IMG/VR virus record: IMGVR_UViG_3300009687_000008
Coordinates: 9,144 to 73,143 of that record
Source: a virus
Lineage: Duplodnaviria > Caudoviricetes
Direction: 5' to 3' (one strand)
Length of the DNA stretch: 64,000 bases
Part shown: in pieces, positions 25,815 to 35,827 of the stretch
Layout of the letters: the number at the start of each line of letters is the position of its first letter
Position numbering within the stretch: position 1 is the first letter of the stretch
Made by a program: the position numbers and the translations under genes
The notes under the pieces: model-generated
What the model was told of the DNA's origin: nothing
Database searches by the model: none
The model's input: only the letters and a program-made list of their open reading frames with translations

Positions 25815-27445
25815 TAAGTACTATATAATAACTTAGGGTTATTGGTATTAAAGTAACCATATGCGAAAGAACATGTTGAAACACTGTTATCCATTTTTGC
25901 ATAATAATTGACTTTAAATTCAACTTCAATTTTATATTTAACGTTGACTGACAAATTTGTAAATGAAGAAGAATAATTTACTTGATCTCTCAAGTATGGG
26001 ACATTGGAATTTTGGTATAGTAGTAGATTACTATCTTCATCGTATAATTTCACGTTAAAATAACCTGTGACATTAGATGGTAATTGTTCATTAATTGACC
26101 AATTAACTGTGAAATCTCTACTATCTATTGTACCATAATCATAATCACCGTTATCTGGTTTAGAGTAGGCTAATAAACCGACAATATCCCCAACTCTAAG
26201 TGTTACAAAATCAGGATTAAAGTTGATTCTACCATCAAAAGTTGATAAGAAAAACTCTCTATCTTCCGTTAAAGCAACACCATTTACATATACTTTAATA
26301 CTATATTCACTATTGATGGCTCTAGTAGTAAACATCTGTTGTGTTGGTGTAAGACATGATAAGGTACATACATTAATTGTATTATCACCTGGTGTTCTAT
26401 AATGATCAGTATCATCAAAAATGAAACCATCAATAAGGATTGTATCCATGAAATACCTCTCAAAACTCATAGGCCATGAATTAGGTTGTGCATTAATATA
26501 TGTTGCAACAACCGTATCACTAGGTCTAATTACATTACCACCCTCAATAGGTCCAAAAACCTCAACAACTTTAGGCGTTCCCCATCCGTTATCTATTATT
26601 TGGAAATCTCCTTCGGTTGGGCCGTTAAAACTTTGTTTTAACGTGATACCATTTACAGTCAATAACACTTCATTATTTAGTGGATAACCACCTAAAATCC
26701 AATAATTTAAATTACCGTTAATAGCTTGAAAACTCATTTGAGATGATACGCCATTAAATAACAATCTTTCAGATACCAAAACATAATTAGGTAAAACCTT
26801 TCCTTCGGGTAATGGTAAAATTGGTTCTGGTGGATCGACTACAGTTATAAAGTATCTATCTTCACTTTGTACTGTATTAAGTTGTACAGAACTATTCCAA
26901 GTGTTAAAACCGTAACCCACATTACAATCTTTAGATACGAATGTGTAATAAAATCTCATTAGATAATCACCCCATGTATTTGGTAATACCGAACCTTGAG
27001 TAAAATTATGTGTGATAGTACTACTTGTTATAGCACTAAATGGTGTACAATAATTTAATCTTTCACCGACTAATCTTGTTGCTGCACCACTAGTTATAAA
27101 TCTAGAACCATCAAATAATTTATAACATAAATTACCTGTATATCCAGTATAATCAGTACCACCCGTAATTATAACACTTATATCAAAGGTTGGTGTGTAG
27201 TCGAAATTATAAACAGCAGTATCACCTGTAGTACATCCAGTTAACGTAGAAGTTAATCCTGAAACTAATTCTACAGCACCTGAAACTATAAATTCAGGAC
27301 TTCTAAAAACTTCAGAGCAAAATTCAACACTAGGATTAATATTATAAACATTACTTAAACCTAAGTCACTTAGTAGAACGTTTTCTTTAATCAACGTTAA
27401 AGAAACTACCTTTTCTTCTTCTTTTTTATTACACAAAAATCCCAT
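25814..27445 (-). CDS. Virion structural protein (beta-rich)
   Basis: 543 aa, with repeated VxVNGxxL strands. Confidence 0.6.
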   Translation of the reverse strand: MGFLCNKKEEEKVVSLTLIKENVLLSDLGLSNVYNINPSVEFCSEVFRSPEFIVSGAVELVSGLTSTLTGCTTGDTAVYNFDYTPTFDISVIITGGTDYTGYTGNLCYKLFDGSRFITSGAATRLVGERLNYCTPFSAITSSTITHNFTQGSVLPNTWGDYLMRFYYTFVSKDCNVGYGFNTWNSSVQLNTVQSEDRYFITVVDPPEPILPLPEGKVLPNYVLVSERLLFNGVSSQMSFQAINGNLNYWILGGYPLNNEVLLTVNGITLKQSFNGPTEGDFQIIDNGWGTPKVVEVFGPIEGGNVIRPSDTVVATYINAQPNSWPMSFERYFMDTILIDGFIFDDTDHYRTPGDNTINVCTLSCLTPTQQMFTTRAINSEYSIKVYVNGVALTEDREFFLSTFDGRINFNPDFVTLRVGDIVGLLAYSKPDNGDYDYGTIDSRDFTVNWSINEQLPSNVTGYFNVKLYDEDSNLLLYQNSNVPYLRDQVNYSSSFTNLSVNVKYKIEVEFKVNYYAKMDNSVSTCSFAYGYFNTNNPKLLYST

Positions 27446-30400
27446 TATGTTACTATTTCTGTTGTTACGTCGCTAAATCTAAACCTAGATGATGTAAGGT
27501 CAACACTTAACTGATCTGTTGTTGGTATCAATACTGTTTCTCTCACCAATCCAAGTTCTTTTATTGGCATTATATAAGGTGTCTCTGTCGGTATACTTCC
27601 TGTCGGTTCCGAACTAGATGTTGTTGTTGATGTAGATGTTGTTGGTACTGGCATCGCACTACTTCCAACACTTCTTGGTGTTGAAGGTAAGAACCCTGGT
27701 TGTATAGGTTCTATTGAAATCTCAGCCTCAGTTAATTCAAAATCATAATCACAAACATCTATGATAGTACAAGGTTCATTACACCATCTTTCACCTGCCA
27801 CCCAAATAGTTGTTGCTGGAATAAATTGTTCCATGAATGGAATCCAGAAACTTTGGAAGGTCTTTTTATAGTTCTCTAAATCGTAAAGGTTTAAATATGT
27901 TACAGTCGGTTCTGTTGTTGCAGATGTTGTTATTATTGTACTACTTGCTGGTATTACACAAATATTATCAACATATATAACCCCATTTGGTGAACAAGCA
28001 TCAACAGCGAAAATACTGAAAGTGACATTATCAGCAGTTAAAGTTAAACTAACTGTTGTATGTCCAGATACGTAAATAGATGAAGATGTTACATTACCAG
28101 CATATACTTGTACATAGGTACCAACACTACCACAAGGAGGGTCAGCGAAATCCCAATATAAATCAAAAGATATTTGGTATGTAACCCCAGAAGTTAGAAT
28201 ATCTTGTTGTAGAAAACCACCTTCATCAACTCCAGTATACAAAGCCGAACCACCCTTCCACACCCAATTAGTAATAGGAGTTATAGTCCATCCTGTAGTA
28301 CTAACATCAAAAGTCCCGTTAACTACTAAATTATTATTGTTACAATCATAATTTATTGTTTGATAACAAACTGTTGTACCCGCAGATAATGTATAACCAC
28401 TAGGACATGCCAATGTTGTACCACTAATTGGACAATCAGCACACATATCGAATGTAAGTCCTAACTCTTTTGAATTTAAAACTAGATTACTATGTCTTTC
28501 TAAAACACTAGATTGTACCCAATAATCTGTATATCTCCAAGGTATATCAGCATCTAAACTAGGTGCGAAGGTTCTATTAATATTACCCTCACCATTTAAC
28601 ATACCAAAATCACCATCCCCTCTTTCTATGTTATCATATTCTGATATACCAACCAAAGGAGTACCTGGGTTGTATACCCAAGATTTTTTATTATCAATTA
28701 CTCTTGTAATTTCAAAACCTGGACATTGTACATTATTGTAAGTAATTAGTGATTCATCCTTAGGACAATCAACTCTAATATCATCAATGAAGATGTCATA
28801 ATTACAACAACAATTTAAACCTTGATAGATTTCTAAATAAATTCCAAAATTTAATGTTAACCCAGAAGTTGGTAGTGTTGCTTTAATTTGTACCCATTTA
28901 TCAAAATAATCAGTACTAGAATTGTACTCTTTTACTTGAACTAATGATGCATTTAATAAAGGATCGGTTGTAGTAATTCTAGCCAAAATAGGGTTAAAAA
29001 TACTATAACAACAAGTAATACTATTTTGACCGGTACCTATTGGTCCAACAGGTTCAACAGGGGTTCCAGAATCAACAACCCTTATACTTCTTTGTACGAA
29101 TTCAGTCCCAAGACCGACTTCTATACCACCACCTGTGGTTCCAGTTGTTACAATCACACCTGTATTAGGGGTTAGTGTAATATCACAAACCTCACCATCA
29201 ATAACTATTATATCATCATCTGGTGGATCAGGGATTGGTTGACAAGGATTTGATGGTTTACCAAAGTACACCCACATAGAAAGTTCTAAACTATTAGAAC
29301 ATGCAGGTATAGTCATATTTTCATTATTCAATGAAAATTGAACTGGTAGACAATCTTCTTTAGGAACTGCATAACACCAAGGACTTTGCCATTCCCAAGG
29401 TAAGTTGTAATCTTTTATTAACCTATTACAACAAGCTTCACCGATGTATTCATCTTTATCTTTATATCCAACAATTTGTATTGGATTGTTATAGAAATCG
29501 GTTGTGCTAATTACCTGTACTTGTGTTATATCAATTTCACATTGATCAACAACAGGTTGACACATACATTGACTAGATGATGTATCCCAATAACCACCAA
29601 TACTGTCACAAATACCTTTTGTAACTACAATAGGGTTGTTAGTGATAGTACCAAAATTAACATAAAAACCACCAGTAACACTTAAAGCGTTAGTAATTAA
29701 AAGTCTTGCCTCAGTTAAATCTGAAACACCATTACCGTTGTTATCGTTTGAATTAAATAAGTTAGCTAATACAAAATTAAATTGTGTGTTGGTTAAACCT
29801 AAACCACCACCAACAGATGTTGCGTTTGAAACAAGATAGTTATATCCTTCAGTTGTTGAATAAAAATCTAAAAACTGTTGTAAAGTGTTTATACATTTAG
29901 GTTCATAGTCTTCTTCAACTACTTGATTACAAAAACAAACACCATTATCCCAAACACCAGGACAACAATCAACATCTAATAAATTACCTGTAGATATTTG
30001 TACATAAAATGTTTGTCCACTATTAGTTACAACATCTACTAGGTGTTGCCACAAAACTGGGTTTGATGTTTGTAAACTTTGACCTCCGTGATTTACGATG
30101 TAAGTATCATTCCACCAATCAAAATTATTACAATCAACACATACAATATCAGCAGGGCATTCTATTATTGGTCTGTAATAACAATTTCTACCATCCCAAT
30201 AGTATTCATGTCCTTCAGCAACAGGACCTATTGCTGTTATGTTACAACAATCAACCGATGTTACACCAAGAACTTGGCCATCAATAGCAATCTGATAAGG
30301 CCCTTCACATACCACTGGTAAATCAAGAGGACTATATACTGTATCAAAATTTGCCGGACCAGCATTAGCGGAAGAATTATAGTTCACAGCAAGAGGATCG

Positions 30401-30537
30401 AGACAACCAACTACAATTTGACCATATTCACAACAACCGTTACAAGGTTCTGTTGCAGTAGGGTCATAGTTGGATGCTAATGGGTCCATACAACCTATTT
30501 TTTGAAAGATACTACTTGCGTATACTATTTGTGCCAT
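27445..30537 (-). CDS. Cys-rich virion/fibre protein with GCxDPxAxNY repeats and a carbohydrate-binding-like module
   Basis: GCMDPLASNYDP and GCLDPLAVNYNS repeats; NLVVNGTFD...YVDNICV; Ser/Thr-rich tail. Confidence 0.65.
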   Translation of the reverse strand: MAQIVYASSIFQKIGCMDPLASNYDPTATEPCNGCCEYGQIVVGCLDPLAVNYNSSANAGPANFDTVYSPLDLPVVCEGPYQIAIDGQVLGVTSVDCCNITAIGPVAEGHEYYWDGRNCYYRPIIECPADIVCVDCNNFDWWNDTYIVNHGGQSLQTSNPVLWQHLVDVVTNSGQTFYVQISTGNLLDVDCCPGVWDNGVCFCNQVVEEDYEPKCINTLQQFLDFYSTTEGYNYLVSNATSVGGGLGLTNTQFNFVLANLFNSNDNNGNGVSDLTEARLLITNALSVTGGFYVNFGTITNNPIVVTKGICDSIGGYWDTSSSQCMCQPVVDQCEIDITQVQVISTTDFYNNPIQIVGYKDKDEYIGEACCNRLIKDYNLPWEWQSPWCYAVPKEDCLPVQFSLNNENMTIPACSNSLELSMWVYFGKPSNPCQPIPDPPDDDIIVIDGEVCDITLTPNTGVIVTTGTTGGGIEVGLGTEFVQRSIRVVDSGTPVEPVGPIGTGQNSITCCYSIFNPILARITTTDPLLNASLVQVKEYNSSTDYFDKWVQIKATLPTSGLTLNFGIYLEIYQGLNCCCNYDIFIDDIRVDCPKDESLITYNNVQCPGFEITRVIDNKKSWVYNPGTPLVGISEYDNIERGDGDFGMLNGEGNINRTFAPSLDADIPWRYTDYWVQSSVLERHSNLVLNSKELGLTFDMCADCPISGTTLACPSGYTLSAGTTVCYQTINYDCNNNNLVVNGTFDVSTTGWTITPITNWVWKGGSALYTGVDEGGFLQQDILTSGVTYQISFDLYWDFADPPCGSVGTYVQVYAGNVTSSSIYVSGHTTVSLTLTADNVTFSIFAVDACSPNGVIYVDNICVIPASSTIITTSATTEPTVTYLNLYDLENYKKTFQSFWIPFMEQFIPATTIWVAGERWCNEPCTIIDVCDYDFELTEAEISIEPIQPGFLPSTPRSVGSSAMPVPTTSTSTTTSSSEPTGSIPTETPYIMPIKELGLVRETVLIPTTDQLSVDLTSSRFRFSDVTTEIVT

Positions 30538-30581
30538 TACCTATAATTATTTTTTAATCTGTTTTTTTATATAATAATATT

Positions 30582-33500
30582 TTAAAATCCACTACAATTT
30601 AATCCTATCTGCCCTTTTAATGTTGGGGTTGGCCAAGGTGAAACAGGGGTTGGGAGTGTCCAAGACCATGAACCAAAATTAAGATTATAAACATTATTAT
30701 TATATTCAAATGTTCTTTCCCATCTTCCATTAGGTGAATTAAATGTTGAATTAGGACTTACATAAAATGTCAAATTAGGATCCATAAACATAGGTGATGT
30801 TAAAGGAGTTTGTCCGATTGGTACATACACTGTTATATAAACCCCGTCTGATGCGTAACTAATACTTCCTATCGGATTTATAATCCAAGCACCTCTAGTT
30901 TGAGTTCCACTCGCACTGCCTGTAGTACCACAACTAGTATCACCAAACTTTAATGTGAATTGTTGTGAAGTAGGTTCTTGTTGCACATCCACTAAACATT
31001 TTTGTGATGCTACATCAAATGAAACCCCACCAATTTCAGTGTTATAGTTATTACAACAAGTTTGTGATAATGATAATCCACCGTATAATACCTCACCATT
31101 AATAATACTATAATTTGTATTTTGAACTGCGGTTGTACTACTTTCTATTGGATAATAGAACGTTGGTGGACATTGGTAACACTTTTTAACTCCAGGGTTA
31201 TATGGTTCACCTACATCATTTAATAATTGTGGTAAACCGTACCAACCACCTTTTTCACTACAACAATATTCTGTTAAATTACTATCGTTTAAGTTAGTAA
31301 TAGTATATGGATAAACACTAGATGTGTTAACTACTGCCGGACAAACATAACACTTGTTATTATTCCAACTAAAACCGTAGTCAGTACAACATTGTTGTGA
31401 TAAATCAGCCCCACTTAGACCATCTTTAACTATAGAATTACAAGGTAATGTAGTACAATCTTCTACAAACATTATCTCAGTAGGACAATTAGTACAATAT
31501 TGTTTTAATCCGAATTGATTAACGTAAGATGTTGCGTGATAATCCTGCATTGTACCAACACTAGCTATGTTAACAGTACCATCCGTCCAAATACCACCTA
31601 ATGATGTACAACAATCAGATGAAGTTAAACTACCATCACTATTAACCCAAATATGATTTCCATTTAATATTGTAGCACCATCACAAGGATTAGGTAATGG
31701 CTTAACACAATATCCACTACCGTTGATTGTTGTATAAACCCCACCTTTCATCTTACAACAAACACTATTAGTTATTGGTTTATCATCACCATCTAATATA
31801 AAACATCCGTATTTATCAAAAAATCTAGTATAAACTTTAACAATGAATGAGGTTGCCTCATCAAGAGATGGTTGTGTCGCACCTAAACTAATAGCTGTGT
31901 TAATTATTTGGGTGTCAGTTAAAGTATTTAAATACTCGTCAACACTACATACCACTTGTATTGAATTATCAGGTGGACACCAATAACAAGCATATGTTAT
32001 TGCTTCAGCCGGTGGTTCTATCCCTATAGCCGCCATCTCAATAATGGTATAATCTCGTTGTTTTATAGGTGCTTCAACAGCTACAGCTATTTGTGGTGTA
32101 CCATTACTACTTTTAATGCAATTAGCATCAACACAATTTCTACCATCCCACACTACATCAAAGCCCAATGTTTGTCTGTTACAACAACTTTGTGATACCG
32201 ATACTGTTGCCTTCTCATTTGACATATCTAAGACCACACAAGGTCCAAAAGGACTATCAGGTGAGGTAATTGCTAATTGATCTGGTTTAGGGCAAACAAC
32301 TGATGAATTGGATGTTGCCATTGGTAACCAATAATTTTGACAACATTTTTGGTCGGTTAGAGGTTTATTTGGAGTTTCTTTATCACCCCTAATATATACT
32401 ATACCGTCCTCACCATAGATTAAGTTATAAGAACAAGGTTCACATATCGATTTAAGACCAGTTGTGAAATTAATTTTCATTGAATACGTATCACCACTTG
32501 GTACGCCGTATTTTGGTGCGTTGTTACCACCAATAGCAGTAAGACCAGCTGAATTAACTACAGCGTTAACTACAGAACCGTTAGTGTTTAAGGTGTTTGC
32601 ATATCCTGTACCATAATAAGGAACAGGTAATCCGTTTTGATCGAAGATAAAACTACCTTCATTGTAATTGTTGAAGTGATTTTCATTAACTCTTACTGTT
32701 GTTGAACCAGTTGCTAATGAATCAAACTCACTTACAAAACATTCAAATTGTGAAAAATATGATTTACCATAATCATATGGACCGATATGTGGGTTATTAC
32801 CAACAGTAGATTCATTTCCACCATTATACCAAAAACCGCCCATTTGAAAGTAATTGTCATTAGTTTCTGGTAAAACCCTTGGAAAACCATCTATATCGAT
32901 GGGATAGTTAGATAATCTAACATCATCAACATTTAACCCAGCTAATTCAAATATGGTTATTAATTGGTCATATACTTTATCGATATCTAATCTATTAGAC
33001 GCTATATAAACGTACTCATCAAGTGATACCATACATTGTGGTATGTTAAACAACTTGAAGAAAAATTCTATAACTTTTCTAGTTCCTTTAGATTTAAACA
33101 ACCACCAAGCATTAATGACTAATCTTCTCCATAGTTCGATATCTAATTCTTTAGATGATAAACTTCTTGAGTACCCACTAAAAGGTGTTTCAAAAGAAGG
33201 TTGTATCTGTTCCAATAAATTAAAATTATCAGTACCAGTTGTTAGTAAAACATCAAAACCTAAATTTTGTGCTATTATCTTAATTAATTCATCAGAGGTG
33301 TTATCTAATTTATTATATGTTACAACATTAGCGAATGATATACCATCAATATATTTCTTAACCTCATCAAATTCTCTACCATAAATTCTTAATAATTTAT
33401 TAGCCTTTCTACCTGTAACTTCACTACCACCACCGTCTGTATCATATTCATGGATTGACTCGGCAACAAACTTTCTAGCCACCAAATCGGTTCTGTATTG

Positions 33501-34472
33501 ATCGAAAAGATTTGCCATATTAAGCATTTCTTCAACATATAAACCATAATCACGAGTACTAATATCTAGGTTATACCCATCAGAAATTGGCCATGTTAAT
33601 CTTTTTTGATTAAAAACTATAAATCCATCAGCTTCTTGTGGTACACTAAAAGAAGAGGTGTATATTGGAACCGTTAATCTATTTAATAAGATAGATTCAA
33701 AATCACTTAGGTTTGTAAAAAATAACTCTACTTCAGTATTATTAGGTTTAAAATGATAGGTTAATTGTCCAAATGTTGAAGCACTTAAAGACGGAAATGG
33801 ATTACCTTCCGTTTGTACCCTCAAATAAGGAAATGATGTTGTGTCACCAGTGTAACCTACAACATTGAATTCGCCGTAGTTATTATATATAACATATTTG
33901 TTATAATCTCTAGATATATTAAAGATGTCACTAGGTAATAGATTACTAAAATCTTGGTTATCCGCTGTTATTAATTCAAACGGGTTTTGGACGACAGATT
34001 TTGGTATTAAAAACGTTGATATATCAGTTCCATTATCATAACTGAAAGATAGAACCGTATTGACCGCCGTATTAGTAATTTGTGGGTTTAAATATAAAGA
34101 ACCCTTCCATTTTTGGATTATTTGTTCGATGGTAACTCTAGCAAACTCATGGAAACTACCGAAATAAACATATCTATTAATTTTATTTATGTCAAAATTA
34201 AGTTTAATGAATAAATCATTAGACATTAAAAGTTCAGACTGACTTTCAGTTAGGTTTAAATTATCTAAAGAATAATAATCTGACCACTGACCCCCTAAGG
34301 TAAAATTCTTATTAATCTTAGAGTCAAAATTGGTTGTAATTTGGAAGTTACCGAACGTGAAAAGAGATACCCCGTCGGTAAATTGAAAACCAACTAGATT
34401 AGGGGAAAAGTCACCCTCTCTCCTTTTATATGCATCCGTTAATGAACGAGGTATTACTTTAACTGTTCCCAT
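30582..34472 (-). CDS. Large virion protein with repeated CC modules
   Basis: 1296 aa. The N-terminal half is conserved-looking (KSKGTRKVIEFF); the C-terminal half has repeated xxCCxxxG(x)W...C units. Confidence 0.65.
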   Translation of the reverse strand: MGTVKVIPRSLTDAYKRREGDFSPNLVGFQFTDGVSLFTFGNFQITTNFDSKINKNFTLGGQWSDYYSLDNLNLTESQSELLMSNDLFIKLNFDINKINRYVYFGSFHEFARVTIEQIIQKWKGSLYLNPQITNTAVNTVLSFSYDNGTDISTFLIPKSVVQNPFELITADNQDFSNLLPSDIFNISRDYNKYVIYNNYGEFNVVGYTGDTTSFPYLRVQTEGNPFPSLSASTFGQLTYHFKPNNTEVELFFTNLSDFESILLNRLTVPIYTSSFSVPQEADGFIVFNQKRLTWPISDGYNLDISTRDYGLYVEEMLNMANLFDQYRTDLVARKFVAESIHEYDTDGGGSEVTGRKANKLLRIYGREFDEVKKYIDGISFANVVTYNKLDNTSDELIKIIAQNLGFDVLLTTGTDNFNLLEQIQPSFETPFSGYSRSLSSKELDIELWRRLVINAWWLFKSKGTRKVIEFFFKLFNIPQCMVSLDEYVYIASNRLDIDKVYDQLITIFELAGLNVDDVRLSNYPIDIDGFPRVLPETNDNYFQMGGFWYNGGNESTVGNNPHIGPYDYGKSYFSQFECFVSEFDSLATGSTTVRVNENHFNNYNEGSFIFDQNGLPVPYYGTGYANTLNTNGSVVNAVVNSAGLTAIGGNNAPKYGVPSGDTYSMKINFTTGLKSICEPCSYNLIYGEDGIVYIRGDKETPNKPLTDQKCCQNYWLPMATSNSSVVCPKPDQLAITSPDSPFGPCVVLDMSNEKATVSVSQSCCNRQTLGFDVVWDGRNCVDANCIKSSNGTPQIAVAVEAPIKQRDYTIIEMAAIGIEPPAEAITYACYWCPPDNSIQVVCSVDEYLNTLTDTQIINTAISLGATQPSLDEATSFIVKVYTRFFDKYGCFILDGDDKPITNSVCCKMKGGVYTTINGSGYCVKPLPNPCDGATILNGNHIWVNSDGSLTSSDCCTSLGGIWTDGTVNIASVGTMQDYHATSYVNQFGLKQYCTNCPTEIMFVEDCTTLPCNSIVKDGLSGADLSQQCCTDYGFSWNNNKCYVCPAVVNTSSVYPYTITNLNDSNLTEYCCSEKGGWYGLPQLLNDVGEPYNPGVKKCYQCPPTFYYPIESSTTAVQNTNYSIINGEVLYGGLSLSQTCCNNYNTEIGGVSFDVASQKCLVDVQQEPTSQQFTLKFGDTSCGTTGSASGTQTRGAWIINPIGSISYASDGVYITVYVPIGQTPLTSPMFMDPNLTFYVSPNSTFNSPNGRWERTFEYNNNVYNLNFGSWSWTLPTPVSPWPTPTLKGQIGLNCSGF

Positions 34473-35368
34473 TATAAACTTGGAATATTCGTGATTGTGT
34501 TAAAATCTTTACTGAAATCAATGTTATTAACCAATTGACGTACTTCGTGTAGTGGTTCACCACTGAATTGGTCTTGAACTTCGTATAAGTTATATTGTTT
34601 ATAAATACGATTTTGGAAGTCGTAGATGGTGTATTTACCGTCAACAATAGATTTAATTTGGTTACCGTAAATACCGTAAGCCAACGTTTCAATATCGTAC
34701 TCAACCATGTCAATTTCTAAACAAACAGGATTGAAAAAGGTGTTAGTGATGGATATAGCCTGTCCAGGTACACCAATGTCAGGAAATTGATTTGGTTTAA
34801 CATTTGGTGCTGAACTAGGTGTTAGAGTACAAAAAATTAAATTAGAAGTATCGTTAAAACGATATCTAACTGCCTTTTGCGTTGTATTGGATAAATTAGC
34901 GTTTACAGGTTCAACCCTGTTAGCTGATGTAATAATTCTAAAAAAGTTAGGTATTCTACTACCAGTTTCACCATAATATTCTATCCTATAACCAACAAGA
35001 CTACTCGCATCTTGTACCCCTAATTGATTAGCGTCTAACACAAGTCCCTTAACGTCTGGGAATGCCGCTAAAACACCACAATCGGTAATTGTTGTTCTAA
35101 TTTCTCTTGGTTTAATAATAACTGTGTATATACCTTTAGTTGAAAAATTAGCCACTGGTAGTTGTAGGTTATATAAACCGTCAAACAACGGAATACCGTT
35201 TGCGTTAGGTGTTGGGTGATTAAACCTAGATATTACTTGACTAGGTACTAATTGTTGTAATGGTATTGTTGGTTTAGTATCACGAGAAGGTGCATATGTG
35301 AAATAAATTTCCATATCATCTGGACCTGCTGTTGATGGTCTAACTATACCGTAATTTCCTGTTGCCAT
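34472..35368 (-). CDS. Putative virion protein
   Basis: 298 aa ORF in the structural operon. Confidence 0.6.
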   Translation of the reverse strand: MATGNYGIVRPSTAGPDDMEIYFTYAPSRDTKPTIPLQQLVPSQVISRFNHPTPNANGIPLFDGLYNLQLPVANFSTKGIYTVIIKPREIRTTITDCGVLAAFPDVKGLVLDANQLGVQDASSLVGYRIEYYGETGSRIPNFFRIITSANRVEPVNANLSNTTQKAVRYRFNDTSNLIFCTLTPSSAPNVKPNQFPDIGVPGQAISITNTFFNPVCLEIDMVEYDIETLAYGIYGNQIKSIVDGKYTIYDFQNRIYKQYNLYEVQDQFSGEPLHEVRQLVNNIDFSKDFNTITNIPSL

Positions 35369-35371
35369 ATC

Positions 35372-35827
35372 TTATCTATTTTCTATTATATTATAATAAC
35401 CGTTTCTATATTCTATTAATCCGTCTAACGTTTTAATTTCTGAAAGTCTAGAATGACGTTCAAAAACCGCCACACTCATCCTTTCTATAAATAGCTCGTT
35501 ACTTACTTTTGGAGGGAAAACTAATCCCATTTTAGCCTCTTCTTTTATTGAAAAATAGTCATCAAAATCATAACCCGACATTGTGGTTTTAAAAATAGTA
35601 GGGAATTGTGAACCATAAGGTTGTCTACTATTACTTATTGAGACATTTTTTCTATAATCAGTAATATAGTCAACATTACCAATTGTGTAGTACACTTTAG
35701 TAATTGCTGTTAAATTAGTTGGATCATATTCAACATTTGTAACACCATTAACTCCAATTTGGAATGGGTTATTTTTATCATATGTACTAACTAAATCTAG
35801 TTTATGTGATGTAAACCCTGTTATCAT
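35372..35827 (-). CDS. Putative virion protein
   Basis: The likely start is the ATG at 35827, in ATGA overlap with the upstream stop; the track gives 35854. Confidence 0.6.
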   Translation of the reverse strand: MITGFTSHKLDLVSTYDKNNPFQIGVNGVTNVEYDPTNLTAITKVYYTIGNVDYITDYRKNVSISNSRQPYGSQFPTIFKTTMSGYDFDDYFSIKEEAKMGLVFPPKVSNELFIERMSVAVFERHSRLSEIKTLDGLIEYRNGYYNIIENR

